A stretch of 64,000 bases of DNA from an uncultured Acidobacteriota bacterium (GTDB lineage: Bacteria > Acidobacteriota > Polarisedimenticolia > Polarisedimenticolales > DASRJG01), in contig CAZEII010000012.1 of assembly GCA_964511835.1 (NCBI GenBank), positions 17,569 to 81,568 of the forward strand. The letters are read 5' to 3'. How positions within the stretch are numbered: the first letter of the stretch is position 1; the number at the start of each line of letters is the position of its first letter. A model generated the notes under the pieces. That model worked only from the letters and a program-made list of their open reading frames with translations. It did no database searches and was not told the origin of the DNA. Both the position numbers and the translations under genes were made by a program. Positions 47,193 through 56,170 of this stretch are shown piece after piece.

Positions 47193-50100
47193 GTGAGGGT
47201 AGCGATGAACAACGGTGCCATGGTCCGACCGATTTCCTTGACGCTCGCGGTTGCGCTCACGAGCACCGCTTTCGCGGTGCACGGGCCGCAACCGGGTCGG
47301 CGATTCGACGCTCTTGCGTTCCAAGATCCGGCCGCCTTCATCGACGTCGCGGCGACACCTGTCGGCTCGCTCCCCGCCGGCGACACCGTGCGGGCCGGCT
47401 GGGATGGATTCCGAGCGACCTACGGTCGAGACTGGAGCATTTACCTCGATCGGCGGTCGGGCGCTCCGCTCCTGGCTGAAGGAAATGGAATTCCGTGGCC
47501 TGGCACGAAGGGAGCGACGGTCGCATCTCTCGCAGCATCGTTGAGGCCCTTCGCCGCAGCGCGCCGGTCGCTCCTGCTCGCCGACGATTCGGAGCTCGTC
47601 CTCGCGCCTGCGGCGTCGGGGGAGCTGAGCGACGACGTCTGGCAGATCGTGTTCGACCGGGCCGTCGCGGGGATTCCGGTCGAAGGCGAGCGGTACCTTT
47701 TCACGATCGGCCACGGCCACCTGGTCTCGTTCGGCGCGCCGCGATGGAGCCGCATCGACGCAAGCCCGGTTCCCGACCTGACGGCCGCCGAGGCGCAGGA
47801 GCGGTTGGCGGGTTATATGAATCTGACCGCAGCGGACGCAGTCAGCGTCGTCGAACCTCCGGAGCTGATGTTCGTCCCGCTTCGTGCGTCAGGTCCGCGC
47901 TACGCCGGACCGGTCGGCTCCGGTTACTCGTCGGCGCTCGTCTGGCGCATGGCAGTGCGCGTCGAGGGCGTGGACGGGACCTGGCTCGCGCGCGTCGACG
48001 CCCACAGCGGCGCAATCCGGTCGTTCGCCGACGAGAGCCGGTACGTGCGGGTCAAGGGAGGCGTCTTCCCGGTCAGCGACGATTCGATCTGTCCTTCCGG
48101 CTGCGAGCAGGCGAATGACTCCATGCCGTTCGCGGACGTCCTGATCGTGAACACCGGCATCCCGCAGACCGCGAGCACGATGGGGAACTTCAATTGCACG
48201 CCATCGGGCTCGATCGCGCGGACGAATCTCGCGGGCCCTTACGTCAAGATCCTCGACTCGTGCGGGGCGATCTCGCAGTCGCTCTCGTGCAGCGGCGACC
48301 TCAATCTGGGAACGAGCACCGGCACCGATTGCACCGTCCCGACTGGCGGCAGCGCGGGGAACACGCACGCCGCGCGGACCAGCTTCCATCATGTGAATCG
48401 CATCGCGGAGCACGTACGAGCGTGGCTTCCGGGCGTCGCCTGGCTGACGCAGCAGCTCACGATTCACACGAACGCGGCCCAGGGTTGCGTCGGCGGTTGG
48501 GATGGGGTCGGCATCAACTTGGGCACGTTCGGGAACGGCTGCAACAACGCCGGCGAGAACGCGGGGGTCCTCTATCACGAATGGGGGCACGGCCTCGACA
48601 AGAACGACGGCGGCGACTACGACGTGCCGACCGAGGCCTACGCCGACGTCACGTCCATCCTCGAGCTGCACGCCTCGTGCGTCGCGCGCGGATTTCTGAG
48701 CGGAGGCTCGCTCTGCACCGGATTCGGCGTGGGCGACGCGTGCCTCGTCTGCACGGGCGCCCGCGAGGACGATTGGGACCAGCGCGCCGGCCACACTCCG
48801 TCGACGCCCGCGGGCTACGCGGCGACCCATTGCTCCGACGCCACGGACGGCGGTCCCTGCGGCAAGGAGCAGCACTGCGAAGGGATGATCGACGGCGAGA
48901 CCCTTTGGGACCTGGCGGCGCGCGACCTCCCGGGGTCGGGGCTCGATCAAGCGACCGCATGGAGCGTGATCGACCGGTTGTGGTTCGCGTCCCGCTTGGG
49001 CTCGGGAGGGAACTCCTACAACTGCTCCCTCCCCGATTCCGACGGCTGCTCGGCGAGCTCGTGGTTCGAGAAGATCCGCGCGATCGACGATGACGACGGC
49101 AATCTGGCCAACGGCACGCCGCACGCGGCCGCGATCTTCGCCGCCTTCGACCGGCACAAGATCGCCTGCGGCCTCGTCTCCGACGCGTCGAACCAGAACA
49201 GCTCGAGCTGCCCGGCCTTTTCCGCACCGACCCTGACGGCGGTGCCCGGCTCGACCTCCGCGAGCGTGCAGCTGACCTGGACGACCGCGCCGGGAGCGGT
49301 CTCGTACAAGGTCTTCCGGAACGACTCCGGGTGCGAGACGGCGATGACGCGCGTGGCGGCGACCTCGGAGAACGCCTTGGTCGACTTGGGTCTCGCCAAT
49401 GGTATTCCGGTCTATTACACGGTTCAGGCGAGCACGGCGAACGCCGCGTGCGACGGCCCCGTCTCCGCTTGCCAGGCGGTGACCCCTCAGCCGTTCGCCG
49501 GGGCGATCAGCCTCGATTCCGGAATCTACGGCTGCCTGTCCTCGGTCACCGTGACGGTCTCCGACGGGAACGGCGCCGCGTCCCTGTCGGCCGCGGTCAA
49601 GTCGACGACCGAGACCACGGCCGAGACGGTTGCGCTGACGAAGATCGCTCCCGGATCGACGACCTACCGGGGGATGATCCTGACGACGTCGAATCCGCCG
49701 GCCTCGGACGGACTGCTCTCCGTGACGAGCGGCGACACCATCACGGCGACGTACGTCGACGCGAACGATGGCGGAGGAGGGACGAACATCCCCCGCGTGG
49801 CGACGGCGAGCGTGTCCTGCGCTCCCACCGGCGCGCGGCCGGTCGCCGACGGATCTTTCGGGACCGCGATGAAGGCGTCGCGCGCGAACCCGTCGGGCTC
49901 GAGCGTCAACGTCACGTGGGACGTCGCAACCTGCTCGTCGACGAACCACCATCTCCTCTACGGCGATCTCGCCGGCGTGGCGTCGGTTCTCGTCACCGGG
50001 GCCGCATGCAATCTCGGAACCTCCGGCTCGGCGTCCTGGTCCGGCGTTCCCGCGGGGAACCTGTGGTTCGTCGTCGTCGGCGACGACAACGCGTCGACCG

Positions 50101-50204
50101 AGGGAAGCTGGGGCACCGACGGCACAGGCGCGCAGCGCGGCGGGGCGATCGTATCCGGCCAGTGCGGCATGGGCGCGAGGAACAACTCGGGGACCTGTCC
50201 GTAG
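47193..50204 (+). CDS. Large secreted zinc metalloprotease (M4/M36-like, PepSY-type propeptide) with FN3-like and Cys-rich C-terminal domains
   Basis: Signal peptide, WLARVDAHSGAI (PepSY-like), VLYHEWGHGLD followed by EAYAD, many paired Cys; start may be 47205. Confidence 0.8.
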   Translation: MRVAMNNGAMVRPISLTLAVALTSTAFAVHGPQPGRRFDALAFQDPAAFIDVAATPVGSLPAGDTVRAGWDGFRATYGRDWSIYLDRRSGAPLLAEGNGIPWPGTKGATVASLAASLRPFAAARRSLLLADDSELVLAPAASGELSDDVWQIVFDRAVAGIPVEGERYLFTIGHGHLVSFGAPRWSRIDASPVPDLTAAEAQERLAGYMNLTAADAVSVVEPPELMFVPLRASGPRYAGPVGSGYSSALVWRMAVRVEGVDGTWLARVDAHSGAIRSFADESRYVRVKGGVFPVSDDSICPSGCEQANDSMPFADVLIVNTGIPQTASTMGNFNCTPSGSIARTNLAGPYVKILDSCGAISQSLSCSGDLNLGTSTGTDCTVPTGGSAGNTHAARTSFHHVNRIAEHVRAWLPGVAWLTQQLTIHTNAAQGCVGGWDGVGINLGTFGNGCNNAGENAGVLYHEWGHGLDKNDGGDYDVPTEAYADVTSILELHASCVARGFLSGGSLCTGFGVGDACLVCTGAREDDWDQRAGHTPSTPAGYAATHCSDATDGGPCGKEQHCEGMIDGETLWDLAARDLPGSGLDQATAWSVIDRLWFASRLGSGGNSYNCSLPDSDGCSASSWFEKIRAIDDDDGNLANGTPHAAAIFAAFDRHKIACGLVSDASNQNSSSCPAFSAPTLTAVPGSTSASVQLTWTTAPGAVSYKVFRNDSGCETAMTRVAATSENALVDLGLANGIPVYYTVQASTANAACDGPVSACQAVTPQPFAGAISLDSGIYGCLSSVTVTVSDGNGAASLSAAVKSTTETTAETVALTKIAPGSTTYRGMILTTSNPPASDGLLSVTSGDTITATYVDANDGGGGTNIPRVATASVSCAPTGARPVADGSFGTAMKASRANPSGSSVNVTWDVATCSSTNHHLLYGDLAGVASVLVTGAACNLGTSGSASWSGVPAGNLWFVVVGDDNASTEGSWGTDGTGAQRGGAIVSGQCGMGARNNSGTCP

Positions 50205-50232
50205 CGAGCCGGCTGAGGTTAAGCTGTCGCCC

Positions 50233-50883
50233 ATGATCCGACGGGCCCGGCTGACCGCATTCGGCGTTCTCGCCGCCGTCACGGCGCTCGGCGCGGCGGG
50301 CAGCAAGCCGGCGCCGCCGCCGGCGAGGCCGTCGTTCCGGTGGCCGGTGCCCACGGGATGGCGCAAGGAGACGATCCCGTTCCCGCTCGATTTCGCGAAG
50401 GATCTCCCCTACTCCGGGGTCGAGGAGATCCGCTTCGCGCCGGGCATGTTCACTCCCGGCGAGCGCGGATACTGGTCGTACGCGTTCGTCTGGTGGCTCA
50501 ACGGCCATCCGCGCCTCGGTGCAACGGATCTCCAGAACGCCCTCGAGCGCTACTTCGCGGGGTTGAGCACCAGCGTCGCGAAGGAGAAGGGTTTCGCGAT
50601 CGACCCCCAGCGTTTCGTTGTGTCCATTCAGCCGCTGCCCGGCTCGCCCGAAAAACTCGGGCACCCGGCGCATCGGTTCACCGGAACGGTCGACTCGTAC
50701 GACGCGTTCACGACGGGCAAGCCGATCGTCCTCAATCTCGAGGTCTGGGTGTGGGACTGCAAAGACTCCGGCAAGCGGGCCGCGATGGTGCTTGCCTCAC
50801 CCGCGGACACAGGCGATCCGGTGTGGAACTCGCTCCGCGACCGGCGCGACGAGTTCGTTTGTCATGGCGGTACTCGACAGTGA
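50233..50883 (+). CDS. Secreted hypothetical protein
   Basis: Signal peptide; WRKETIPFPLDFA, EEIRFAPGMF, WSYAFVWW. Confidence 0.75.
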   Translation: MIRRARLTAFGVLAAVTALGAAGSKPAPPPARPSFRWPVPTGWRKETIPFPLDFAKDLPYSGVEEIRFAPGMFTPGERGYWSYAFVWWLNGHPRLGATDLQNALERYFAGLSTSVAKEKGFAIDPQRFVVSIQPLPGSPEKLGHPAHRFTGTVDSYDAFTTGKPIVLNLEVWVWDCKDSGKRAAMVLASPADTGDPVWNSLRDRRDEFVCHGGTRQ

Positions 50884-51456
50884 TGTCGGGGCGCGCTCGT
50901 GTGCGCAATAGGCCACGTACCGCCACGGCGAGTGCAGCCAGCCACGGAAGGGCCAGCAGGTGACGATCGTCAGCCGATCGCCATCGTCCTGCAGCACTCG
51001 AGAGTCGTCGAAGCGCACGACGCCGGTCGCGACGACGCGGTAGACCGCCCGCCGGCCCGGGGCTTCGAGCACGATCTCATCGTCGGACTTCAGCTCCTCG
51101 AGGAACGAAGCCCAACTGTCCCTGTGGCCGGCGAGCACGCAATTGCCGAATGCCGTGGGGGCGGCCGTTCCGTCGACGTGGCCGATCCCGAATGCGAGAG
51201 CGGAGCCGGACGCGTTCGACAGCACGGGCCGCTCGATCCCGAGGCGCGGCACGGTGAGCCGCGCGATGGGGTGCATGTCGGCCCAGGCCCAGGGGCGGTG
51301 CCCGCGGCCGTCCTCGAGCGTCGCGGCGAGGGCGCGGCGGATGAGCACCTCACCCACCGCCCCTTTCGCCTCGACCCATCCGGCTCGCGCCACGAGCAAC
51401 GCCCCAGGGAGCAGCAGCGCGATTCCGACGACGGCCGCGAGCGTCGTGCGTCTCAC
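50797..51456 (-). CDS. Class GN sortase
   Basis: GTGA overlap with the target gene; PWAWADMHPIARL, GNCVLAGHRD, LTIVTCWPF. Confidence 0.88.
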   Translation of the reverse strand: MRRTTLAAVVGIALLLPGALLVARAGWVEAKGAVGEVLIRRALAATLEDGRGHRPWAWADMHPIARLTVPRLGIERPVLSNASGSALAFGIGHVDGTAAPTAFGNCVLAGHRDSWASFLEELKSDDEIVLEAPGRRAVYRVVATGVVRFDDSRVLQDDGDRLTIVTCWPFRGWLHSPWRYVAYCAHERAPTSLSSTAMTNELVAPVAERVPHRIACVRG

Positions 51457-53393
51457 GCCGACGCCGACACAGCGCGGCTGGCGCGCAAGAGAACGAAGCC
51501 CCCGATCGCGCACAGGACGACACCGAGCACGAACAGCAGGGGTTCGTCGCTCCCGCCCTGGGGGAGAACGTCCCCATCGTCTCGCCGGGATTCGCTCGGC
51601 GCGGCGTAGGAGTCGTCCGCCACGACGACGAAGCTCGTGTAGGTGGTGACCAACGAGAAGCGCTTCGCGAGGTCGACGACGTCGGCGCGCACGGCGGCCG
51701 GATCGGCCCCGTGCACCCGCGATTGCTCGAGGCTCGCGATCCGCGCGCGCGCCCATCGGGTGCCGATTCCGGCATCCCGGCTCGCCTGCGCGAAATCGAC
51801 GTCCATCGTCACCGGCCCGCCCGGCGCGCGCCCCCAAACGCGAAGCTTGGGGAGAGGGCGTGCGGGATCGAAGCGGGCGGTCACCACGAGCGGTCGGCCT
51901 GCGTAGAGATCGGGAACGGGAGCCGGGCCGACTTCGAGCGGCGCCGCGCCGTCCCACTCGAGCGTCACGTCGGTGATCGCCGCCCGCTCGGTCCGCTCGA
52001 GCAGCGCGACGGTCTTCGCCTGGACGTCGCCGATGTTGCCGATCGCCTCGAAGCTGCCGCGTCCGGCCCGGGCCAGCTCTTTCATGAGCCAGCGGTTAGG
52101 AGCGAACCCGATGCCGACGACATGGAGCCTCGTGCCGCCGAGGCGCCGCCCCACCTCGGCGACGACCTCGTCTTCGTTCTCGACCGCGCCGTCGGTGATG
52201 AGGATCACGCGCTGCAAGACGGACGGGTCGCCGCGACTCGAGATGTCGAGCGCACGGACGAGAGCCGGCAGGATCTCCGTGCCGCTCCCTGCCGTGAGCC
52301 CGGACACCCAGCGCTTCGCGGCGGCTGTCGCATCGGGATCCGCGGCGATGAACCTGTCCGAGTAGGCCTCGTTGTTGCTGTCGAACTTGATCAGCGTGAA
52401 GGTGTCTCCCGGGCGCAGGCGGTCGAGGGCCACTTCGAGCGCCGCCTTGGCTTGCGCGAGCGAGGGCCCGGCCATCGAGCCCGACACGTCGATCACGAAC
52501 ACGGTCTGCGTCGGAAAACCATCGGCTCCGGGCCGCTCGATCTGCGGGGGAACGAGCATCGCGAGACCATAGCGTCCGTCCGCTCGCTCTTCGATCAAAC
52601 CGCCGGCGAGCGGCGCATTCGCGTTGGCCGGCCGCCACCGAAGCACGAAGTCGCGATCCGCGAAAACCGAGGCGTCGCCCGTCCGGATGTCGAAGGACGA
52701 ACCGCGCTTGGTGCTTCGGATGGTGTGAGACGGCGAGTCGATTCCGGCGAGGGGAATTCCCGCGTCCACCGTGGCACGCATCGACACCTTTGTGCCTCGA
52801 GCGACGACTCCGATCGAACTGTCCTCGCACCACGCCGAGCCTGCGGGCGCGTAGCGCGGCGTGATCGTCGTCGGAAAGACGGTCGAGAACTCCCCCGAGC
52901 TCCATTCGGCCTCGTCCAGCATCTCGAGGCGGACGACGACCGTCGCGTGCGGCGGGATGTTCGCGACCCGCGTGCGGAAGAGGTTCGGTCGGCTCTGCTC
53001 GAGCAGAGCGGCGCCCTTGCCTTCCGCCTTGGCGATCTGATAGGTCCGCTGGGCCTCCTCTTTCTCTTGGATCTTGCCGACGAAGCGCCGGTCGCCGACC
53101 TCGAGCGTGAGGCTGTCGACCGCGGCCCCTTCCGGCAGTGGGAACACGTAGTCGGCGTCGAGGGCGTCCTCGGTCGGGTTGTCGAACGATTGAACGAGCC
53201 GGCCGCGGACGACCGGCCCGGAGATCGAGAGCGTGACGTCCATGGAGTCGACCGGCAGCGGGACGAGCGTGCCGTTGATCTTCGCGAGGAGAGCTCCCGT
53301 GCCGGGGCTGTCGGCCTCGGGCGGCTGCTGTGCGCCCGCCGGGGCGTGGACGATCGAGAGGAGGGCGGCGATCAAGAGCATGTGCTTTTTCAT
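51453..53393 (-). CDS. VIT + vWA sortase-target protein
   Basis: VIT (YVFPLPEGAAVDSL), MIDAS DVSGS, VILITDG, C-terminal LPQGG + TM + R tail. Confidence 0.9.
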   Translation of the reverse strand: MKKHMLLIAALLSIVHAPAGAQQPPEADSPGTGALLAKINGTLVPLPVDSMDVTLSISGPVVRGRLVQSFDNPTEDALDADYVFPLPEGAAVDSLTLEVGDRRFVGKIQEKEEAQRTYQIAKAEGKGAALLEQSRPNLFRTRVANIPPHATVVVRLEMLDEAEWSSGEFSTVFPTTITPRYAPAGSAWCEDSSIGVVARGTKVSMRATVDAGIPLAGIDSPSHTIRSTKRGSSFDIRTGDASVFADRDFVLRWRPANANAPLAGGLIEERADGRYGLAMLVPPQIERPGADGFPTQTVFVIDVSGSMAGPSLAQAKAALEVALDRLRPGDTFTLIKFDSNNEAYSDRFIAADPDATAAAKRWVSGLTAGSGTEILPALVRALDISSRGDPSVLQRVILITDGAVENEDEVVAEVGRRLGGTRLHVVGIGFAPNRWLMKELARAGRGSFEAIGNIGDVQAKTVALLERTERAAITDVTLEWDGAAPLEVGPAPVPDLYAGRPLVVTARFDPARPLPKLRVWGRAPGGPVTMDVDFAQASRDAGIGTRWARARIASLEQSRVHGADPAAVRADVVDLAKRFSLVTTYTSFVVVADDSYAAPSESRRDDGDVLPQGGSDEPLLFVLGVVLCAIGGFVLLRASRAVSASA

Positions 53394-53591
53394 GCGGGCC
53401 TTCTTTCGACCCGGGGAAGCCTCGCGCCGAGGGCCGGGTTCACACTCGAGCGGGCGAAAGGCGTGCCACGGCTGCTGCGCGTCACGTGTTCGGATTTCAC
53501 CGCGCGGGCCGGCGCGAACGTGGGGTCCAAGACACGGGCGTGTCCGCCGGAACCCGTCGCTCGAGCGGTTCGGCCGGCCAGGAGTGCGAGA

Positions 53592-54296
53592 ATGATTCGC
53601 GTGAGCAGGCCCAGCGTTTCCTTGACGGCTCGACTCGGCCTTGGCATCTGCCTGACCGCCGTGGCTTCGGCCCAGGGCAACCCCGTCGGCGCGAAGGAGC
53701 CCGGCAAATGGTCGACGGTGCGCGGCAAGGCGAGCCTGGTCGACGCGATCTCGATTCCTCCCGGGTCGATCCTGCGATTGATGCTTCAGGACCTCGCCCA
53801 GGGAACTCGCCGAGCGGTGATCGTGGAATCCAAGGGGATCGAGCTCAAGGGGAACTTCCCGATCTCCTTCGAGCTGCCGTACAACGAGAGCCTCATCGAC
53901 CCGACCCGGCTTTATGGCCTGGCCGCGGTCGTCACCGACGTTCTCGGCCAGACGCTGGCGGAGACGCGCGTCCCGGTTCGCGTCGTGACGAAGGGCAACG
54001 GGAAGAGGGCCGATCTCGCGCTACGCCGACCGGGGAAGCCCTCCGCACCTGCCGCGGAGCCGACCGCGTTCACGGTCGGATGCGAAGGCCTCCGCTTTCA
54101 GGTTCGCATCACGGGCGACACGGCGCACGTCCGCCTACCGGAGCGCGAGCTCGTTCTTCACCGCGTCGAGGCGTCGTACGGGAAGAAGTACTCCGACGGA
54201 GCCACGATTCTGACGGTGTTCGGCGAGGCGGTGTACATCCAGCAGCACGAGAGAGCCTATCGAGATTGCAAGATCACGTCGGCCGACGGGAAGTGA
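53592..54296 (+). CDS. Secreted YbaY/YscW-like + MliC-like domain protein
   Basis: FPISFELPYNESLIDPTRLY (YbaY-like), VEASYGKKYSDG (MliC-like). Confidence 0.75.
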   Translation: MIRVSRPSVSLTARLGLGICLTAVASAQGNPVGAKEPGKWSTVRGKASLVDAISIPPGSILRLMLQDLAQGTRRAVIVESKGIELKGNFPISFELPYNESLIDPTRLYGLAAVVTDVLGQTLAETRVPVRVVTKGNGKRADLALRRPGKPSAPAAEPTAFTVGCEGLRFQVRITGDTAHVRLPERELVLHRVEASYGKKYSDGATILTVFGEAVYIQQHERAYRDCKITSADGK

Positions 54297-54327
54297 TGTC
54301 GGCGGACGAGCGGTGTCTGGCTCCGAC

Positions 54328-55128
54328 TCAGGGGCAAGTTCCGGGGGAGAGCGCGATCCCCGGATCGGGCGAGCCGACCTGCCAAGCGTCTCCGTCCGCG
54401 TAGACGTCGGTCATCGCGCGCTCCAAGAACCAGAAACCGTCGTTCGGGGCGGGTGCGCCCGCGAACGGAGCCGAGCCGGTCGCGTTCGCATCCGTGGCGC
54501 AGCCCCACGTGGCGACGTCGAACGCACCCGTGGTCTCCCGAAGCGTGCGGAGGCTGCCGTAAACGACGTCGGATCTCTTGTCGACGTTCATCGGATCGAC
54601 GTCCCAGCGAAGGTCGAGAGGATCCGTGTACAGGCGCCGAGCGGGCCGGGCGTGGAGCGTCATCACGGTGTCGTGGCAGTATCCGCCGTTGATCGAGATC
54701 GCGATGTCGATCTTCGGAAAGGCCGCCCCGCCCGGAACGTCGCCGCTCTTGTAGAGCGTCGGCGGGTCGGTTCCCACGACGAGCGTCAGCTCCATTCGCT
54801 GGTCATCGGAGATCGTGCTCACAGCGTACGTGCCGGAGCCCGTGACGTCGACGATCTCGCCGGTCGACCGTTGATACTTGAAGCGCACGCCGGTGACGTC
54901 GTAGAAGTCGAACACGTTCCCCACCGAGGCGAGGGTGAGGCGGAACGTGCCCCCGAGCGCGGCCGACTCCAGCATCGGGCACATGCAGGGAGCGAAGCAT
55001 CCGCGCTGGAACGTGCTGGTCTTGTCGAGCCGGTAGAGGGTGGGCTTGTCGAGGACTTGGGAGAATGCCGGAAGGCTCGCGGCGGCGAGCACCCATCCGG
55101 CGGCCAACAACCGGTGACGGAGTTTCAT
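54328..55128 (-). CDS. Secreted Cys-containing hypothetical protein
   Basis: GGAGG RBS, signal peptide, GCFAPCMCP, C-terminal module ending GTCP. Confidence 0.75.
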   Translation of the reverse strand: MKLRHRLLAAGWVLAAASLPAFSQVLDKPTLYRLDKTSTFQRGCFAPCMCPMLESAALGGTFRLTLASVGNVFDFYDVTGVRFKYQRSTGEIVDVTGSGTYAVSTISDDQRMELTLVVGTDPPTLYKSGDVPGGAAFPKIDIAISINGGYCHDTVMTLHARPARRLYTDPLDLRWDVDPMNVDKRSDVVYGSLRTLRETTGAFDVATWGCATDANATGSAPFAGAPAPNDGFWFLERAMTDVYADGDAWQVGSPDPGIALSPGTCP

Positions 55129-55155
55129 GGCGGGGCCTCCGTGCTCGGCACCAGT

Positions 55156-55611
55156 CTACTCCCCGCGAGTCAACCGGCTTTCCCAAACTCGGGAGAGGAG
55201 CTCTTTCAGCTTCGCGAAATCCTTGGGCCCCAGCTCCTCGCGCCATTCACGCTCGATCTGCCGCAGGATGTCGTGAACCCTCGCGTAGGCGGCGCGCCCG
55301 CGCTTGGTGAAGCGGACCATGCGGGCGCGGCCCTCGTCGGGGGCGGCCGACCTGACCAGGAAGCCGAGATCCTCCAGGCTCCGGAGGAGCTGGTTCATCG
55401 CCTGCTTGCTCATCCCCGCCCGCTCGGCGAGGACCCCCGGGCGGACCCCGTCCGGTCCCGGAAACTGCAGCACGGCCATGTGCGGGAGGCGCAGCTCGTC
55501 GAACCCGGCCCCGTTGAGCTCGTTGATGATGCGGCGGTGAATGGCCTGGGCCGGGACTCGCAGGAGCGCCCCGATCAGCATGTCGGCACTCTTGAGCGGC
55601 AAGGTCGCCAT
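55156..55611 (-). CDS. MarR family transcriptional regulator
   Basis: LAERAGMSKQAMNQLLRSLEDLGFL, GRARMVRFTKRG. Confidence 0.93.
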   Translation of the reverse strand: MATLPLKSADMLIGALLRVPAQAIHRRIINELNGAGFDELRLPHMAVLQFPGPDGVRPGVLAERAGMSKQAMNQLLRSLEDLGFLVRSAAPDEGRARMVRFTKRGRAAYARVHDILRQIEREWREELGPKDFAKLKELLSRVWESRLTRGE

Positions 55612-55621
55612 GATTTTCCCC

Positions 55622-55672
55622 TTGACGAGTTAGTAAATTACGTTTACATTCATATTAGTAAATGTAATTTAC
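55622..55672. promoter_or_regulatory. Sigma70 promoter (TTGACG-N17-TACATT) overlapping two GTAAA-N5-TTTAC operators
   Basis: Palindromes at 55633-55647 and 55658-55672 in an AT-rich spacer between the divergent marR and cupin genes. Confidence 0.75.
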
Positions 55673-55687
55673 CACAAGGAGGCTTGA

Positions 55688-56161
55688 ATGTCGCAGAAAA
55701 CCATGGACCTTCGCGTCAACCCTTCGGACGAGGCCATCCGCCTCGGACCCCTCGTCGTTCGCTTCTTGCTGACCGGGGAAAACTCGACGGGCAGCGTCGC
55801 CGTCTTCGAGCTGACGGTCCCCTGTGAGCAGAGCCTGGCGGCTCCGGCTCACAGCCACGACGCGTTCGAGGAGACGATCTACGGGCTCGCCGGCGTGCTG
55901 ACGTGGACCGTCGACGGCAAGCCCGTCGACGTCGGGCCGGGTCAGGCGCTGTGCATCCCGCGCGGCGCCGTTCATCGGTTCGGCAACAATTCCGGCCAAG
56001 ATGCCAAGGCGCTCTGTGTGCTCTCACCCGCCGCCATCGGCCCGCAGTATTTCCGCGAGTCGGCCGAGGTGATCAACGCTGCCACGGGCGGTCCGCCGGA
56101 CCGGATGAAGATGGCGGAGATCATGCGCCGCCATGGCTTGACCCCGGAAATTCCTCGGTGA
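55688..56161 (+). CDS. Cupin domain protein
   Basis: AAGGAGG RBS; PAHSHDAFEE, IPRGAVHRF. Confidence 0.92.
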   Translation: MSQKTMDLRVNPSDEAIRLGPLVVRFLLTGENSTGSVAVFELTVPCEQSLAAPAHSHDAFEETIYGLAGVLTWTVDGKPVDVGPGQALCIPRGAVHRFGNNSGQDAKALCVLSPAAIGPQYFRESAEVINAATGGPPDRMKMAEIMRRHGLTPEIPR

Positions 56162-56170
56162 GCGAGACCG

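Noticed and set aside
50797-50883. Convergent 3' overlaps (87 bp here; 60 bp at 21743-21802) as antisense regulation
   Set aside because: Most simply explained by stop-codon drift adding non-conserved tails; no further support.
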